64,000 bases of DNA. It comes from Escherichia phage Killian. The notes under the pieces were generated by a model, which searched no databases, was not told where the DNA came from, and saw only the letters and a program-made list of their open reading frames with translations. The stretch lies in the sequence record OQ446694.1; one strand, 5' to 3'. Shown here piece by piece: positions 40,637 through 50,243 of this stretch (its first letter is position 1; each line of letters begins with the position of its first letter). The position numbers were made by a program, and so were the translations under genes.

Positions 40637-40839
40637 GTAACCTTTAAACAATATTCTTCTACGTGTTGTTTACGACCTTTCTTATCAATAAAGTTATATT
40701 CAACGAATGTTCCAATATAGTCTTTATCTACACCATGTGGACTATTAATTGGGCATTTAGTACGGCAAATGCGTTCCCATTGACGAATAATTTCCACTTT
40801 GTTTTTAGGATCAAACGGATGCGGGTAATGTACTTTCAT
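40627..40839 (-). CDS. hypothetical small protein
   Basis: 70 aa ORF. Confidence 0.4.
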   Translation of the reverse strand: MKVHYPHPFDPKNKVEIIRQWERICRTKCPINSPHGVDKDYIGTFVEYNFIDKKGRKQHVEEYCLKVTWL

Positions 40840-41290
40840 AATCCACCACTATTAAATCAATATCAGGAGTAAACATGTCGATTAATTTAGAAACCTTATC
40901 CCAATCGCCGCCAGCAATACCGCAACCTATACGTGGAATGTAAATTACTGGTTTAAACAAAAGGGTTTCTGCCTGTAGATTTAATTCTATCATGCAGTTT
41001 ACTAAAGCACCATAATCAAGATTAGGACCCGGTTCGTATTGTGTATACAGGTTATAGCATATACTAAATCCCGTAGGACTATGTTTAAAAACAATAGACA
41101 TATCGCCTAATTTATCACGAGAACCGTACTCGGTAGTGGTTTTATCTATTTCTAAAATTTTGGGATAGGCTCTTGCTAATTGACCCGCTACGCCAGAGCC
41201 CATTGTGTGGAAGCAATTGCACCCGTGCGCAATAATATTACCTTGAAGAAATAGGGCGACAATATCGCCCTTGATATATTTTACAATCAT
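40811..41290 (-). CDS. macro domain protein (ADP-ribose binding/processing family)
   Basis: 159 aa; GCNCFHTMGSGVAGQ resembles the macro-domain nucleotide-binding signature. Confidence 0.6.
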   Translation of the reverse strand: MIVKYIKGDIVALFLQGNIIAHGCNCFHTMGSGVAGQLARAYPKILEIDKTTTEYGSRDKLGDMSIVFKHSPTGFSICYNLYTQYEPGPNLDYGALVNCMIELNLQAETLLFKPVIYIPRIGCGIAGGDWDKVSKLIDMFTPDIDLIVVDYESTLPASV

Positions 41291-41634
41291 CTAGTACTCA
41301 ATCCTCGATTATAAGAATCTACTAAACGGTCAACCATTGAATGACAAGCGGCTTTATCTTTCTCCTCCGCAACTGAACATTCTAAGGTATTCCACTTTTT
41401 AGCATATCGTTTTAACAATGTATCATTTTTGTATCTGCTTGATTTATCTCTTTCTCCGTCTTTATATGCATATATTAATTTCTGCGCAAATTCAGCTTGG
41501 CATGCTTTATTTTTCCCACAATAATCCGCGGCAGTACGGTTTACATACTCTCTAATTTCAGTATATGATGTATCTGCTAACGCAGAAGCAGAAAATGAAA
41601 TTAATCCTATACATAAAACCAAAATTTTAGTCAT
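41287..41634 (-). CDS. vs: Vs valyl-tRNA synthetase modifier-like protein, with signal peptide
   Basis: 115 aa (T4 Vs length as recalled); position between tk.x and regB. Confidence 0.5.
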   Translation of the reverse strand: MTKILVLCIGLISFSASALADTSYTEIREYVNRTAADYCGKNKACQAEFAQKLIYAYKDGERDKSSRYKNDTLLKRYAKKWNTLECSVAEEKDKAACHSMVDRLVDSYNRGLSTR

Positions 41635-42172
41635 TTACTATTTCCAAAAGTTTATTATTTTTAAGGTAATTAGCCTTTTCTAGGACTTCAGAAGCATATT
41701 TAGAACCTGCTTTAACATTCCATCCCGAATTATAAGAGGATATTGCTTTTCTTATATCGCCCTTATGTATATTTAACCAATAAGAAAGTTCAATGTACGC
41801 CCAGGAAGCTGAATTGGACCGTTTATTCAACATTCTTTTTATTTCAGCATCGGTCATATTATAACCAAGTTCCTTAACTCTCGCTCGCATAGTAGGCAAA
41901 TAATTTTGGAACATTCCATAGGCATGATGCTTTGGTTTAGATTTTAAATTAACTCCGGCAGAGCTTTCTTGCCACAAAATAGCAGCCATTATATGACCTA
42001 ATCCGCTCTTGTGGATATTTTTGTGTGTTTTATATTTTCCATCCTTAGAAAATTGTTCCCCGAATTGATATGCGTAACGCATGTTATCGAGTTGGACATT
42101 ACTGAAAGTATGCTCGGAGCTATGCGCCATCATTGAAATGGCCAATAGACCAGCGAGTAGTGCTTTTCTCAT
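41627..42172 (-). CDS. secreted lytic transglycosylase-like protein (vs.1-like)
   Basis: 181 aa; signal peptide; ILWQESSAG and SYNSG motifs typical of SLT domains. Confidence 0.55.
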   Translation of the reverse strand: MRKALLAGLLAISMMAHSSEHTFSNVQLDNMRYAYQFGEQFSKDGKYKTHKNIHKSGLGHIMAAILWQESSAGVNLKSKPKHHAYGMFQNYLPTMRARVKELGYNMTDAEIKRMLNKRSNSASWAYIELSYWLNIHKGDIRKAISSYNSGWNVKAGSKYASEVLEKANYLKNNKLLEIVND

Positions 42173-42179
42173 GCTTACC

Positions 42180-42641
42180 TCATTGAGTTTTAATTACTGC
42201 TTTAGAAGCCTTTCCTGGTAAACGACGACTGTTAATAATTGCCATCCTACATTGAAGTGACGGGTCTTTGAACTTCGCATTAGGTTTACAAACTGTAAAT
42301 CCAAGCCAAAGATTTCCATCTGTGATTTCTAAACGTCCAGGACGGTATTCAACCCCATCAATAAAATCCTCATCAATGTCAGGCCGCGGAGGCATACTCA
42401 GGAATTCATTAACTTCTAAAACATGGTCTTTTATTTTGTGGAATAATTCAAAAACATATGTCTCATCAATCTCCCGCTGAATTGCACGATCAAGAAGATG
42501 CTGAGAATATTTTAGATGAAACGATGAGACTCCTGCTGCTTTTGATGCCTCACGAATCTCATTGTTAATTTGACGAAACTCCGACTCAAAATGACGACGG
42601 AGTTTATTTCGACGGATAAAAACTTCTGTGTTGATAGTCAT
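42180..42641 (-). CDS. regB: RegB site-specific endoribonuclease
   Basis: 153 aa, MTINTEVFIRRNKLRRHF...; T4 length and position. Confidence 0.7.
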   Translation of the reverse strand: MTINTEVFIRRNKLRRHFESEFRQINNEIREASKAAGVSSFHLKYSQHLLDRAIQREIDETYVFELFHKIKDHVLEVNEFLSMPPRPDIDEDFIDGVEYRPGRLEITDGNLWLGFTVCKPNAKFKDPSLQCRMAIINSRRLPGKASKAVIKTQ

Positions 42642-42666
42642 GTTATTCTCCTCTTAACTGATAGAA

Positions 42667-42700
42667 AAATTATACCACAGTCAAGAGGAAAAGTAAACAG
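42667..42700 (-). promoter_or_regulatory. T4-type early promoter upstream of regB
   Basis: -35 GTTTAC, -10 TATAAT. Confidence 0.5.
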
Positions 42701-42979
42701 TTATTCTTTAAATCTAATCAATTTATTCATAGACTTTGAAACTTCTGCACGAACCTCATGTAAATTTTTGAGTTGCTCAAGACGCTGCGCATAGTAAGCA
42801 ATTTCATCTTCTTCGAGACAGTCCTGTGAATCTTCTTTAAGATAACGCGCATAGTCCTGGAAAGCGTTACGGACTACTTCCTGGAAGTCATCAAGACTTT
42901 GAATTTTCTTAGGAGCAACAGATACACGACGAGGGGCAGTATAATACTCATAACCAAACCCTGCGCTTAATTGAGCCAT
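42701..42979 (-). CDS. hypothetical protein (vs.3 position)
   Basis: track ORF trimmed to [13 protein letters not shown] start. Confidence 0.4.
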   Translation of the reverse strand: MAQLSAGFGYEYYTAPRRVSVAPKKIQSLDDFQEVVRNAFQDYARYLKEDSQDCLEEDEIAYYAQRLEQLKNLHEVRAEVSKSMNKLIRFKE

Positions 42980-43245
42980 TAATATTTTTCCTCTGGTTGG
43001 AACACAGCACGACAAGCCCACATACTGGCTTCTTTGAGTTTCGTTTTAGCAATAGTTAACTGATCAAGACTTTCAGCATAATTCTTCGCGAATTCACAGT
43101 CTTCACAATTATCTAGCGCTTCCCAGAATTCATCATATAAAGCATCAAAGATAAGTCCTAAACGAACTTCAGCATCTTTGATAGCATTCACTTTACTGAT
43201 TTTATCGTCAGTATGTGGCTTATAACCTTTAATGTCTTCAATCAT
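42979..43245 (-). CDS. candidate Acb2-like cyclic-oligonucleotide sponge (vs.4 position)
   Basis: 88 aa; second ORF after regB, as T4 vs.4; assignment by position and size only. Confidence 0.4.
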   Translation of the reverse strand: MIEDIKGYKPHTDDKISKVNAIKDAEVRLGLIFDALYDEFWEALDNCEDCEFAKNYAESLDQLTIAKTKLKEASMWACRAVFQPEEKY

Positions 43246-43459
43246 ATTTTACTTCCTCACCTGTTCCCAAATCGTATTCAACTAAACGAATAGGTTCATG
43301 AATGCCATATCCTTGAACAGAAATTTCTGTCGTAGGATAAATTCCATTAATATCACCCATGTTCCACGCTTCATTAAATTGCTGTTCGCCTGAATTACTA
43401 AACCACTCGGCGAAAGCATTTAGCACATCTTCAGAACCTTCAATAATTATCTTTGCCAT
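43238..43459 (-). CDS. hypothetical small acidic protein (vs.5 position)
   Basis: 73 aa ORF. Confidence 0.4.
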   Translation of the reverse strand: MAKIIIEGSEDVLNAFAEWFSNSGEQQFNEAWNMGDINGIYPTTEISVQGYGIHEPIRLVEYDLGTGEEVKYD

Positions 43460-43833
43460 TACAAACTCTCAGTAAAGGTACGAGCAATAACGTCGCGTTG
43501 CTGCTCCGGAGTCAGAGAGTTAAAGCGAACTGCGTATCCGGATACACGGATGGTCAGCTGCGGATATTTTTCCGGATGCTTAACTGCATCTTCCAGAGTT
43601 TCGCGACGCAGAACGTTTACGTTCAGGTGTTGACCACCCTCGATTTTAACTGTAGGTTGTGTTTCAATTTCAATTTCACGGGCATGCAAACCATAGAAAA
43701 TTTCTGGGTCTACAAAAGAGTCCTCTTTAAAGGTTTTAGAGACAATAATTCGTGCTTGAATACCATCTTCAAAATAAATAGTACCTTTATGTGTGCCTTC
43801 AAGAATTTGATATGCTTTCATATACCCTCTCAA
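43459..43833 (-). CDS. autonomous glycyl radical cofactor GrcA/YfiD-like protein
   Basis: 124 aa; C-terminal [17 protein letters not shown] glycyl radical motif. Confidence 0.8.
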   Translation of the reverse strand: MRGYMKAYQILEGTHKGTIYFEDGIQARIIVSKTFKEDSFVDPEIFYGLHAREIEIETQPTVKIEGGQHLNVNVLRRETLEDAVKHPEKYPQLTIRVSGYAVRFNSLTPEQQRDVIARTFTESL

Positions 43834-44210
43834 TTAGAAAATAAATTTATCCAAGATTGCTCTTTAATTAAAAATGGCTCAGAATCATATGCCATCAAAC
43901 TTTGGGTGATTAGTCCTTTAAAAGGTCCATCAATAAATTCCATGGTAAAATATGGAATTTTATTCATTAATCTTGCATTAGGAGCAGTGCACAAAACTCT
44001 GCATCCTTTGAATACGCCTTTTTGTAATTTGTATTGCTTAGGATAAAATTCGCTCAAGACGTTGTTATTTGCCAAAATTTCAAAATGATTCACCAACTTA
44101 TTTTTAATAGTTTTTGGTGAAAAATAAAGATATTCGAAAAGCTGTGTGTCTGTCATCATTGCATTCCGATTACGAAAAACTGCGGACGAGTAATACCACC
44201 GATGCAGCAT
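43830..44210 (-). CDS. hypothetical protein (vs.7 position; start uncertain)
   Basis: 126 aa ORF overlapping the next ORF. Confidence 0.4.
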   Translation of the reverse strand: MLHRWYYSSAVFRNRNAMMTDTQLFEYLYFSPKTIKNKLVNHFEILANNNVLSEFYPKQYKLQKGVFKGCRVLCTAPNARLMNKIPYFTMEFIDGPFKGLITQSLMAYDSEPFLIKEQSWINLFSN

Positions 44211-44698
44211 TTACTATTGCAACAGTATTGTACAGTTTCAATATGAATATCGTAAATTTTATCCATATCAGGAGATTTAACAGGCTCATCGATTATATAC
44301 AGAATTCGAGAAAGCGTTAAACCTCTGAACTTGCTACCTCTATTACCAACAAAACTACGGACAGAATCAGTAAATAAACGGAATCGAATATCATCGCTAG
44401 AATAACGAGAAAATTCTTTTTTAATGTGGTCCGCAGAAATTTTAGCGTAAGATGAAGTATTAGAAAGAACAATAACTGTTCCACCGTCATACAACCAATT
44501 AGCAGCAAAGTTAGTCACAGCAATTGATTTACCGGATTGACGTCCACCATCTAGTCGAAGTGTGCAGTATTCTTTAAATAAATGTGGCGAATCAGGTACA
44601 TAAAATCCACTATTACAAATTTCTTCTACTCTAGCATCAGAATGGTGTGTAAAAGCATTCATCAGGGATAGATAAGGACCAGTTAAAAATGTTCTCAT
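44156..44698 (-). CDS. hypothetical protein (vs.8 position)
   Basis: track ORF 44156..44746 trimmed to MRTFLTG start. Confidence 0.4.
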   Translation of the reverse strand: MRTFLTGPYLSLMNAFTHHSDARVEEICNSGFYVPDSPHLFKEYCTLRLDGGRQSGKSIAVTNFAANWLYDGGTVIVLSNTSSYAKISADHIKKEFSRYSSDDIRFRLFTDSVRSFVGNRGSKFRGLTLSRILYIIDEPVKSPDMDKIYDIHIETVQYCCNSKCCIGGITRPQFFVIGMQ

Positions 44699-44708
44699 TT
44701 TGTTATCT

Positions 44709-45260
44709 CTAAATTTGGGCCATTCCATGGCGCATGAATTTTCCATTTCTGTATTTACCCATTACCGCACTTGGGCTCGACCTTATTACAGGTTGGCGGG
44801 AATCCCTCATAGAATCATGAGGTCCAGCTTGTTCCCATGTTATTTGAATGTAAATATTTTTGCCGTAGTATTTATACCAGTGTGGCTTCATTAAAATTTT
44901 TTCATCGAGTCGTTGTTGACTCAACTTAATAGCTGATTTGCATGGGTTATAATCATTTTTCCATTCTGCTGGAATATCGCTGATGTCAGGAACTTCAGTA
45001 TCTTTTATACTAAACCCACGTTTTAAGCATTCCATTATAATGTCTGATTGACGCTTTCGCAAAAATTCTAACTTATCGTAAAAGAACGTGACATGACCAG
45101 AACCTAAAATAAACTCGGAAGATATTTTAAAATCTTTAACCCGTTTACCATTTGCCACGTGTTTACGAACTATACCAAAAACACGTGGCAATTCACGGTA
45201 TTCTGCAATTAAATGTTGGTCAGCAAGTTCAGATACTAAAGTCAAATTAATACGAGTCAT
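44709..45260 (-). CDS. denV: endonuclease V DenV (pyrimidine dimer glycosylase), apparently C-terminally extended
   Basis: N-terminal 135 aa [17 protein letters not shown]... matches recalled T4 DenV; frame continues about 45 aa past the expected stop. Confidence 0.85.
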   Translation of the reverse strand: MTRINLTLVSELADQHLIAEYRELPRVFGIVRKHVANGKRVKDFKISSEFILGSGHVTFFYDKLEFLRKRQSDIIMECLKRGFSIKDTEVPDISDIPAEWKNDYNPCKSAIKLSQQRLDEKILMKPHWYKYYGKNIYIQITWEQAGPHDSMRDSRQPVIRSSPSAVMGKYRNGKFMRHGMAQI

Positions 45261-45282
45261 TTTATCTCTCCAAGTAACTGTG

Positions 45283-45317
45283 AATATACTATCACAATTC
45301 TAGGAGAAAATAAACTG
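45283..45317 (-). promoter_or_regulatory. early promoter upstream of denV
   Basis: -35 GTTTATT, -10 AGTATA. Confidence 0.4.
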
Positions 45318-45620
45318 TTATTTACCTTTAATTACTTTAGCTGCTTCGATAGCCGCTTGCTGAAGGTCATCCATAGACATACCGAATTTAGAAGCAAAGT
45401 TATCAATTTTCTTTTCGACAGCATTCAAAGGCTTGGCCTGTTTACCTTCATTAGCGCCAGGAAGAGCGAGAATACGCTCTTTGTCAATATAAAGGCTTAC
45501 AAGTTTCTTACGGTCTTTATCGGACAAATCGTGAAATGAATGGGCCTTTTTATTTATAGCGGCTTCTAATTTACCTGCACTCACTCGCGCTTCAGTAATA
45601 AATTCTTGATATGTTTTCAT
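45318..45620 (-). CDS. ipII: internal protein (IPII-like) with capsid-targeting N-terminus
   Basis: 100 aa; MKTYQEFITEA N-terminus matching the IP capsid-targeting/prohead-protease cleavage consensus. Confidence 0.6.
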   Translation of the reverse strand: MKTYQEFITEARVSAGKLEAAINKKAHSFHDLSDKDRKKLVSLYIDKERILALPGANEGKQAKPLNAVEKKIDNFASKFGMSMDDLQQAAIEAAKVIKGK

Positions 45621-45651
45621 ATGTTTCCTTTAAATATTTTAATTAGTAATT

Positions 45652-45690
45652 GTGAATATATTATCGCAGTTTTAGGAGAAAATAAACAAC
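45652..45690 (-). promoter_or_regulatory. early promoter upstream of IPII-like gene
   Basis: -35 GTTTATT and -10-like element, same architecture as at 45283. Confidence 0.4.
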
Positions 45691-45691
45691 T

Positions 45692-46222
<531 letters not shown>

Positions 46223-46678
46223 TTAAAAGAGGTTGTTCATTATTCTGTAAAGTGAAGGACCCATCACATATTGCCACTGAGTACGAGGAATAAGAGCAAA
46301 AGCATCCATCTCTGGAATCATAACGCCATCTTTATTTTCAAAATAAGACTCGCAATGGCAATTTCTAAACATCTCATGCTCTACTGGAATCGTATAATAA
46401 AATAACTGTAAGTCTTTATTACTAGAATATTTAAATACACCTAAGTCTTCTAGAAGGTCTGGATTATAATTGCTAAAGCCAGTCTCTTCTAAGCATTCTC
46501 TTCGTGCTGCATCTAGTGCGCTTAAATCAGAACTTTCTACACGCCCCTTTGGAATATCCCAGCGATGTGCCATCATTCCAGGCTTACGAGAACCAGTAAC
46601 CCGTCCCATGAATAAATCTTTATCTTCTGTCATAAAGATAATACCAGCTGATAGTGTTTTCATTTTAATTTCCTGCAT
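46223..46678 (-). CDS. nudE: Nudix hydrolase NudE
   Basis: 151 aa; Nudix box GRVESSDLSALDAARRECLEETG. Confidence 0.8.
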   Translation of the reverse strand: MQEIKMKTLSAGIIFMTEDKDLFMGRVTGSRKPGMMAHRWDIPKGRVESSDLSALDAARRECLEETGFSNYNPDLLEDLGVFKYSSNKDLQLFYYTIPVEHEMFRNCHCESYFENKDGVMIPEMDAFALIPRTQWQYVMGPSLYRIMNNLF

Positions 46679-47148
46679 TCAGTGATAAAGTTATTTAAAT
46701 TTTGAGTATATTTCTTTTCATCAAAAATCTTTTGTTGTCTGCGCATCCGCCATGGCATTTCAATGAACATGTACCATATTCCTGATAATATTGATGCTGT
46801 AAAAATATTAACAAGTATGGTTAAAAGAATCCAATCTCCTATTCTGTCCATTGGATTTTTTATAAAAAAGTAAAATACGAATGATGACACAGGAAGACTA
46901 ATGATATACCACAGAATCATAATCTTATCTGTGAACCATTCAGCATTCGTTAACTTAGCACGACCATTATGAATACACACGAATTTATCATCTGTTACAG
47001 TAGATGGCTTAACTGCTTGATATCCCATTCTAAACTCCCTAATTAATCGTTTCTTTGTATCTTCAGAACAGCCGCTCCAGTCAACTCTATCAACTGAAAT
47101 GCCATCGTCCCCATCATCTAAATCATACCAGTGAGTTTTTAAAATCAT
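46660..47148 (-). CDS. membrane protein (e.x cluster)
   Basis: 162 aa with hydrophobic helices. Confidence 0.45.
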   Translation of the reverse strand: MILKTHWYDLDDGDDGISVDRVDWSGCSEDTKKRLIREFRMGYQAVKPSTVTDDKFVCIHNGRAKLTNAEWFTDKIMILWYIISLPVSSFVFYFFIKNPMDRIGDWILLTILVNIFTASILSGIWYMFIEMPWRMRRQQKIFDEKKYTQNLNNFITECRKLK

Positions 47149-47519
47149 TTAATTTTCCTACAATCACTCACAAACTCTTCCATTGATTCTTTTTCAATAT
47201 AAGACATATAGCTATTATATTCCTTTAATTGTATTTTGTAATCCTTTTTTCTTTGCCAATTTATTTTAAAATTATCATAATGAAAATATAACATGGTACC
47301 AAAGAATGAAAATAATGAAATTGCTATAGTATAATGAAGTTCACTCCAAACTTCTATTATATCTACTATACCGCTGACGTTACTGCGGATGTTTAAAATA
47401 AAACAGTCAATTAACAATCCAATAAAACTACCCGCAAGAGCTGCAGCCAATGCCACAGCAAAAATTGAAAATGACTCAGAAAAAGAATATTTGACTTTAT
47501 TTAGTTTTGGCTTTTGCAT
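47145..47519 (-). CDS. membrane protein (e.x cluster)
   Basis: 124 aa with hydrophobic helices. Confidence 0.45.
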   Translation of the reverse strand: MQKPKLNKVKYSFSESFSIFAVALAAALAGSFIGLLIDCFILNIRSNVSGIVDIIEVWSELHYTIAISLFSFFGTMLYFHYDNFKINWQRKKDYKIQLKEYNSYMSYIEKESMEEFVSDCRKIK

Positions 47520-47914
47520 CGTGATTCCTTAACAAATTTCATAATTTCATCAAATTCATACATATCTAGCTTAAGCTGGTGTTCCTTTTTAATCTTTTTA
47601 CACTGAGCTTTCCAATCACGTACACGTTTACGATAATGTCTTCCTTGATACCAGTATCCTACCCAATTTACAGGTACTAATAAAAGCGGAACTACCAATG
47701 GAAGAATTAGTGTTGCTCCAAATATTACACCAGATTCAATATCAGTCATAACGTCTATAACCATTCCAGCAATCACCAAAATCACAAATGATACAGCTAC
47801 CACAGGACCTATTAACACATCAGTAGAAATTAGCTGACGCTTTGGTTCATACTTCACGGGTTTACTTGGAAGGTATAGTGATGGCTTTGACATATTCTCT
47901 ACATTCCTTAACAA
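47501..47914 (-). CDS. membrane protein (e.x cluster)
   Basis: 137 aa with hydrophobic helices. Confidence 0.45.
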   Translation of the reverse strand: MLRNVENMSKPSLYLPSKPVKYEPKRQLISTDVLIGPVVAVSFVILVIAGMVIDVMTDIESGVIFGATLILPLVVPLLLVPVNWVGYWYQGRHYRKRVRDWKAQCKKIKKEHQLKLDMYEFDEIMKFVKESRCKSQN

Positions 47915-48476
47915 ATTTTTCTAATAATAAATCGCTTTCAAAATTGGGATTTTCTACGAATTTATCAAAAAGATCATCAACAATAGTTAAGATATTCTTT
48001 TTACTAAGAATACGCTTATTTTCATATTTTGTTTCAGAGTCAACTATAAGAGTAAAGAAATATTTCTTTCCCTGAAATTTTACCGTAGTATCAATATAAA
48101 ATAAATTTGATTTTTGTAAATTACGTTTAAACCATGCATCACTTAAACTATAAACGCCAAGATAATCATAATCGTCGTTTAAATAACAAACCGTCCATTC
48201 AGGAGAAATGAAATCAGTAAATTCAACATCAAAATCACACGTCAATGAATGAATTGATTCAATACTGTTAATGAGTATTCCAGGACGTATTAAAGACTTT
48301 TTACCTCTATAAAATCTTCCAGAAAGACTTTCATCAGTTTCATATGAAGACCCCCAATAGTAATTACGTCCTTCTGCCATGCGTTTAAGAGCATTTAGTA
48401 ATTGGTCTGGAACATCAACCTGTCTTTGGAACTCTTCAAACATTGAATTGAAATCACTTTGCATTTTCATTTTCAT
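47862..48476 (-). CDS. hypothetical protein
   Basis: 204 aa ORF. Confidence 0.45.
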   Translation of the reverse strand: MKMKMQSDFNSMFEEFQRQVDVPDQLLNALKRMAEGRNYYWGSSYETDESLSGRFYRGKKSLIRPGILINSIESIHSLTCDFDVEFTDFISPEWTVCYLNDDYDYLGVYSLSDAWFKRNLQKSNLFYIDTTVKFQGKKYFFTLIVDSETKYENKRILSKKNILTIVDDLFDKFVENPNFESDLLLEKFVKECREYVKAITIPSK

Positions 48477-48495
48477 TCCTATTTACTCCAAGTAT

Positions 48496-48513
48496 AAGGG
48501 GCCGAAGCCCCTT
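48496..48513 (-). terminator. C(UUCG)G tetraloop hairpin
   Basis: AGGGGC-CGAA-GCCCCT. Confidence 0.45.
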
Positions 48514-48517
48514 ATCA

Positions 48518-49111
48518 TTATTTCAGAGAATTAATGTATTCCTGAACATCGGCAGAGGTAGTTTCAACCCCAGAAATATTACCATTAAAGGTTTCAACTC
48601 GAGCAAGGGTATCTTCAATATCAACCTTAGTCAGTGCTGCAATTTCAACTACATCATCGGCAGTACTAATTCCAAGGGCATTTGCCGCACGAGTTTCACG
48701 GATATATTCCAATTTAACTGCAAGCTCTTGACGAGCATCATCTAACTCAACTACTTTCTTGGCGATTTCAATTCGCATTTCAGCATAACCGTCAGCCTTA
48801 GTAGTCAACTGCTCAGCTGTTCGACGATATAGTAAACCGAGTTTAGCATGCATTGTTACATCTTGACCTTCGGAAAGAAGTTTACGAATTTCACGCTCTT
48901 TTGATTCAGCCTGTCGATTCTTTTCGACAATAAGTTCACGAATACGTTTTTCTTCATTAATAGATTTAACAGAAGCAGTTTTTAGATCTTTAATTTTATC
49001 AAGCAGTTTTGCTGCTGCAGCAGTATACTGTTCTTCAACAGATAGATTTTTAGCCATAGCAGAACCAAGTTTAGTGCGAATAAACTCAACAATTTTCTTT
49101 AGTGTGTTCAT
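48518..49111 (-). CDS. coiled-coil protein (weak PspA/IM30-like character)
   Basis: 197 aa, largely helical with charged heptads. Confidence 0.4.
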   Translation of the reverse strand: MNTLKKIVEFIRTKLGSAMAKNLSVEEQYTAAAAKLLDKIKDLKTASVKSINEEKRIRELIVEKNRQAESKEREIRKLLSEGQDVTMHAKLGLLYRRTAEQLTTKADGYAEMRIEIAKKVVELDDARQELAVKLEYIRETRAANALGISTADDVVEIAALTKVDIEDTLARVETFNGNISGVETTSADVQEYINSLK

Positions 49112-49153
49112 AGTATTTCCTTAAGTTGATTAAAAATAAAATCTGTGAAAGAA

Positions 49154-49684
49154 TTATATCATACTATTTAAGAGATGTAAACTATTTTTAATTTTACAAA
49201 TTCGTTCAGCTTCTTCAACAGCGGCGGCGATAATGCTTTTAGCTATAGGAGTATTAATACTAGTAGCTTTTACACTTAACACGATTTCTTTATCTTTACT
49301 AGGCCAACCCCACGATTTTTCACCATGAGTGCCTTTAATTACAGCAGACACCTCAAGTGAGCATCCATTATCACATGTTTTTACATTAACAACCCAAGGG
49401 TCACTTTTCTCAACCGGTTTATCAATCGGTTTATCCCAGTAAATATTAAGAATACGTGGGACATCAAATTTAGCAGGGCAAATCTTAACCGTAAGACCTT
49501 CGCTTTCTAGCCAATTAATAAGAGGGCGTTCATACATGCGGCGATGTGGGCTTCGGACTCGACAAGCCTTGTGCCCATTGCTTGCGGCTTCACTAAGCTG
49601 TTCTAATACCTGCTTTTGCATTATTGATAAGATACCATCAAAAGATTTTTCGGAAGTTTCATTCAGTTCTGTATAAAGAGACAT
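49154..49684 (-). CDS. hypothetical protein
   Basis: 176 aa ORF. Confidence 0.45.
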   Translation of the reverse strand: MSLYTELNETSEKSFDGILSIMQKQVLEQLSEAASNGHKACRVRSPHRRMYERPLINWLESEGLTVKICPAKFDVPRILNIYWDKPIDKPVEKSDPWVVNVKTCDNGCSLEVSAVIKGTHGEKSWGWPSKDKEIVLSVKATSINTPIAKSIIAAAVEEAERICKIKNSLHLLNSMI

Positions 49685-49707
49685 AACGGTTTCCTCAAGT
49701 TACAGGC

Positions 49708-49741
49708 TCATAATATCTCAATCATGAGCCTGTGTAAACTT
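49708..49741 (-). promoter_or_regulatory. early promoter overlapping a hairpin
   Basis: -35 GTTTACA, -10 ATATTAT; embedded in inverted repeat CAGGCTCAT...ATGAGCCTG. Confidence 0.4.
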
Positions 49742-50003
49742 ATTTCATATTATTAAAATATTCTTCTGCGATTTCGTCGTTATCATGGTAAACTTTAGAA
49801 GACAGTTTAACATAACCTTCAGCAGTGAACATGTTAATCACAACATTTACAGTATACCACTGACCATCTTCATTACCCATTACTGCGTAAGTTTCAAACA
49901 TCGGATGATCAGGACCGATAACTTTAATATCATTCACTGTACGACCGAAATCTTCTGAAACGCATTTCATAAAGAAGTTGAACAGTTCGCCGTAATTATC
50001 CAT
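49740..50003 (-). CDS. hypothetical protein
   Basis: track ORF 49740..50057 trimmed: MVLYNYQL prefix is the promoter -10 region; MDNYGELF is the probable start. Confidence 0.4.
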   Translation of the reverse strand: MDNYGELFNFFMKCVSEDFGRTVNDIKVIGPDHPMFETYAVMGNEDGQWYTVNVVINMFTAEGYVKLSSKVYHDNDEIAEEYFNNMK

Positions 50004-50041
50004 TTCATTCTCCAAGTTGTTTTTCTGTATCAGTAGTTGAT

Positions 50042-50079
50042 AGTTGTATAGTACCATGGAAGAACAGGGATGTAAACAG
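50042..50079 (-). promoter_or_regulatory. T4-type early promoter cassette
   Basis: near-identical to the cassette at 6795 including the spacer. Confidence 0.6.
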
Positions 50080-50215
50080 TTTTGTGAAAAATTTTTTAAA
50101 AAGTTTTAGGGAATTCTAGGGAAGGGAGGGGCAATTAAAGGATAGGATAATATATTATAAAGGGTAGAAACTAAATGATGCTTAGAGAGGTCCAGAAAGG
50201 CCTAGATACCAAAAA

Positions 50216-50234
50216 GCCCTATCATTTAGATAGG
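50216..50234 (-). terminator. rho-independent terminator after IPIII-like gene
   Basis: CCCTATC-ATTTA-GATAGGG followed by a U-run on the minus strand. Confidence 0.5.
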
Positions 50235-50243
50235 GATTTAAAA

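Noticed and set aside
43453-44046. 197 aa plus-strand ORF
   Set aside because: Lies antisense to four tightly packed minus-strand genes including the GrcA-like gene; no promoter or Shine-Dalgarno; low-complexity composition typical of shadow ORFs in AT-rich DNA
48518-49111. PspA/IM30 phage-shock protein homolog
   Set aside because: Only generic coiled-coil resemblance; kept as a low-confidence note on the CDS rather than a functional call
49740-50057. MVLYNYQL N-terminal extension on this ORF and on 34692..34886
   Set aside because: The first eight codons are the reverse complement of the early-promoter -10 region (ATGGTACTATACAACTATCAACTG); true starts are the internal Met codons with Shine-Dalgarno sites downstream of the transcription start
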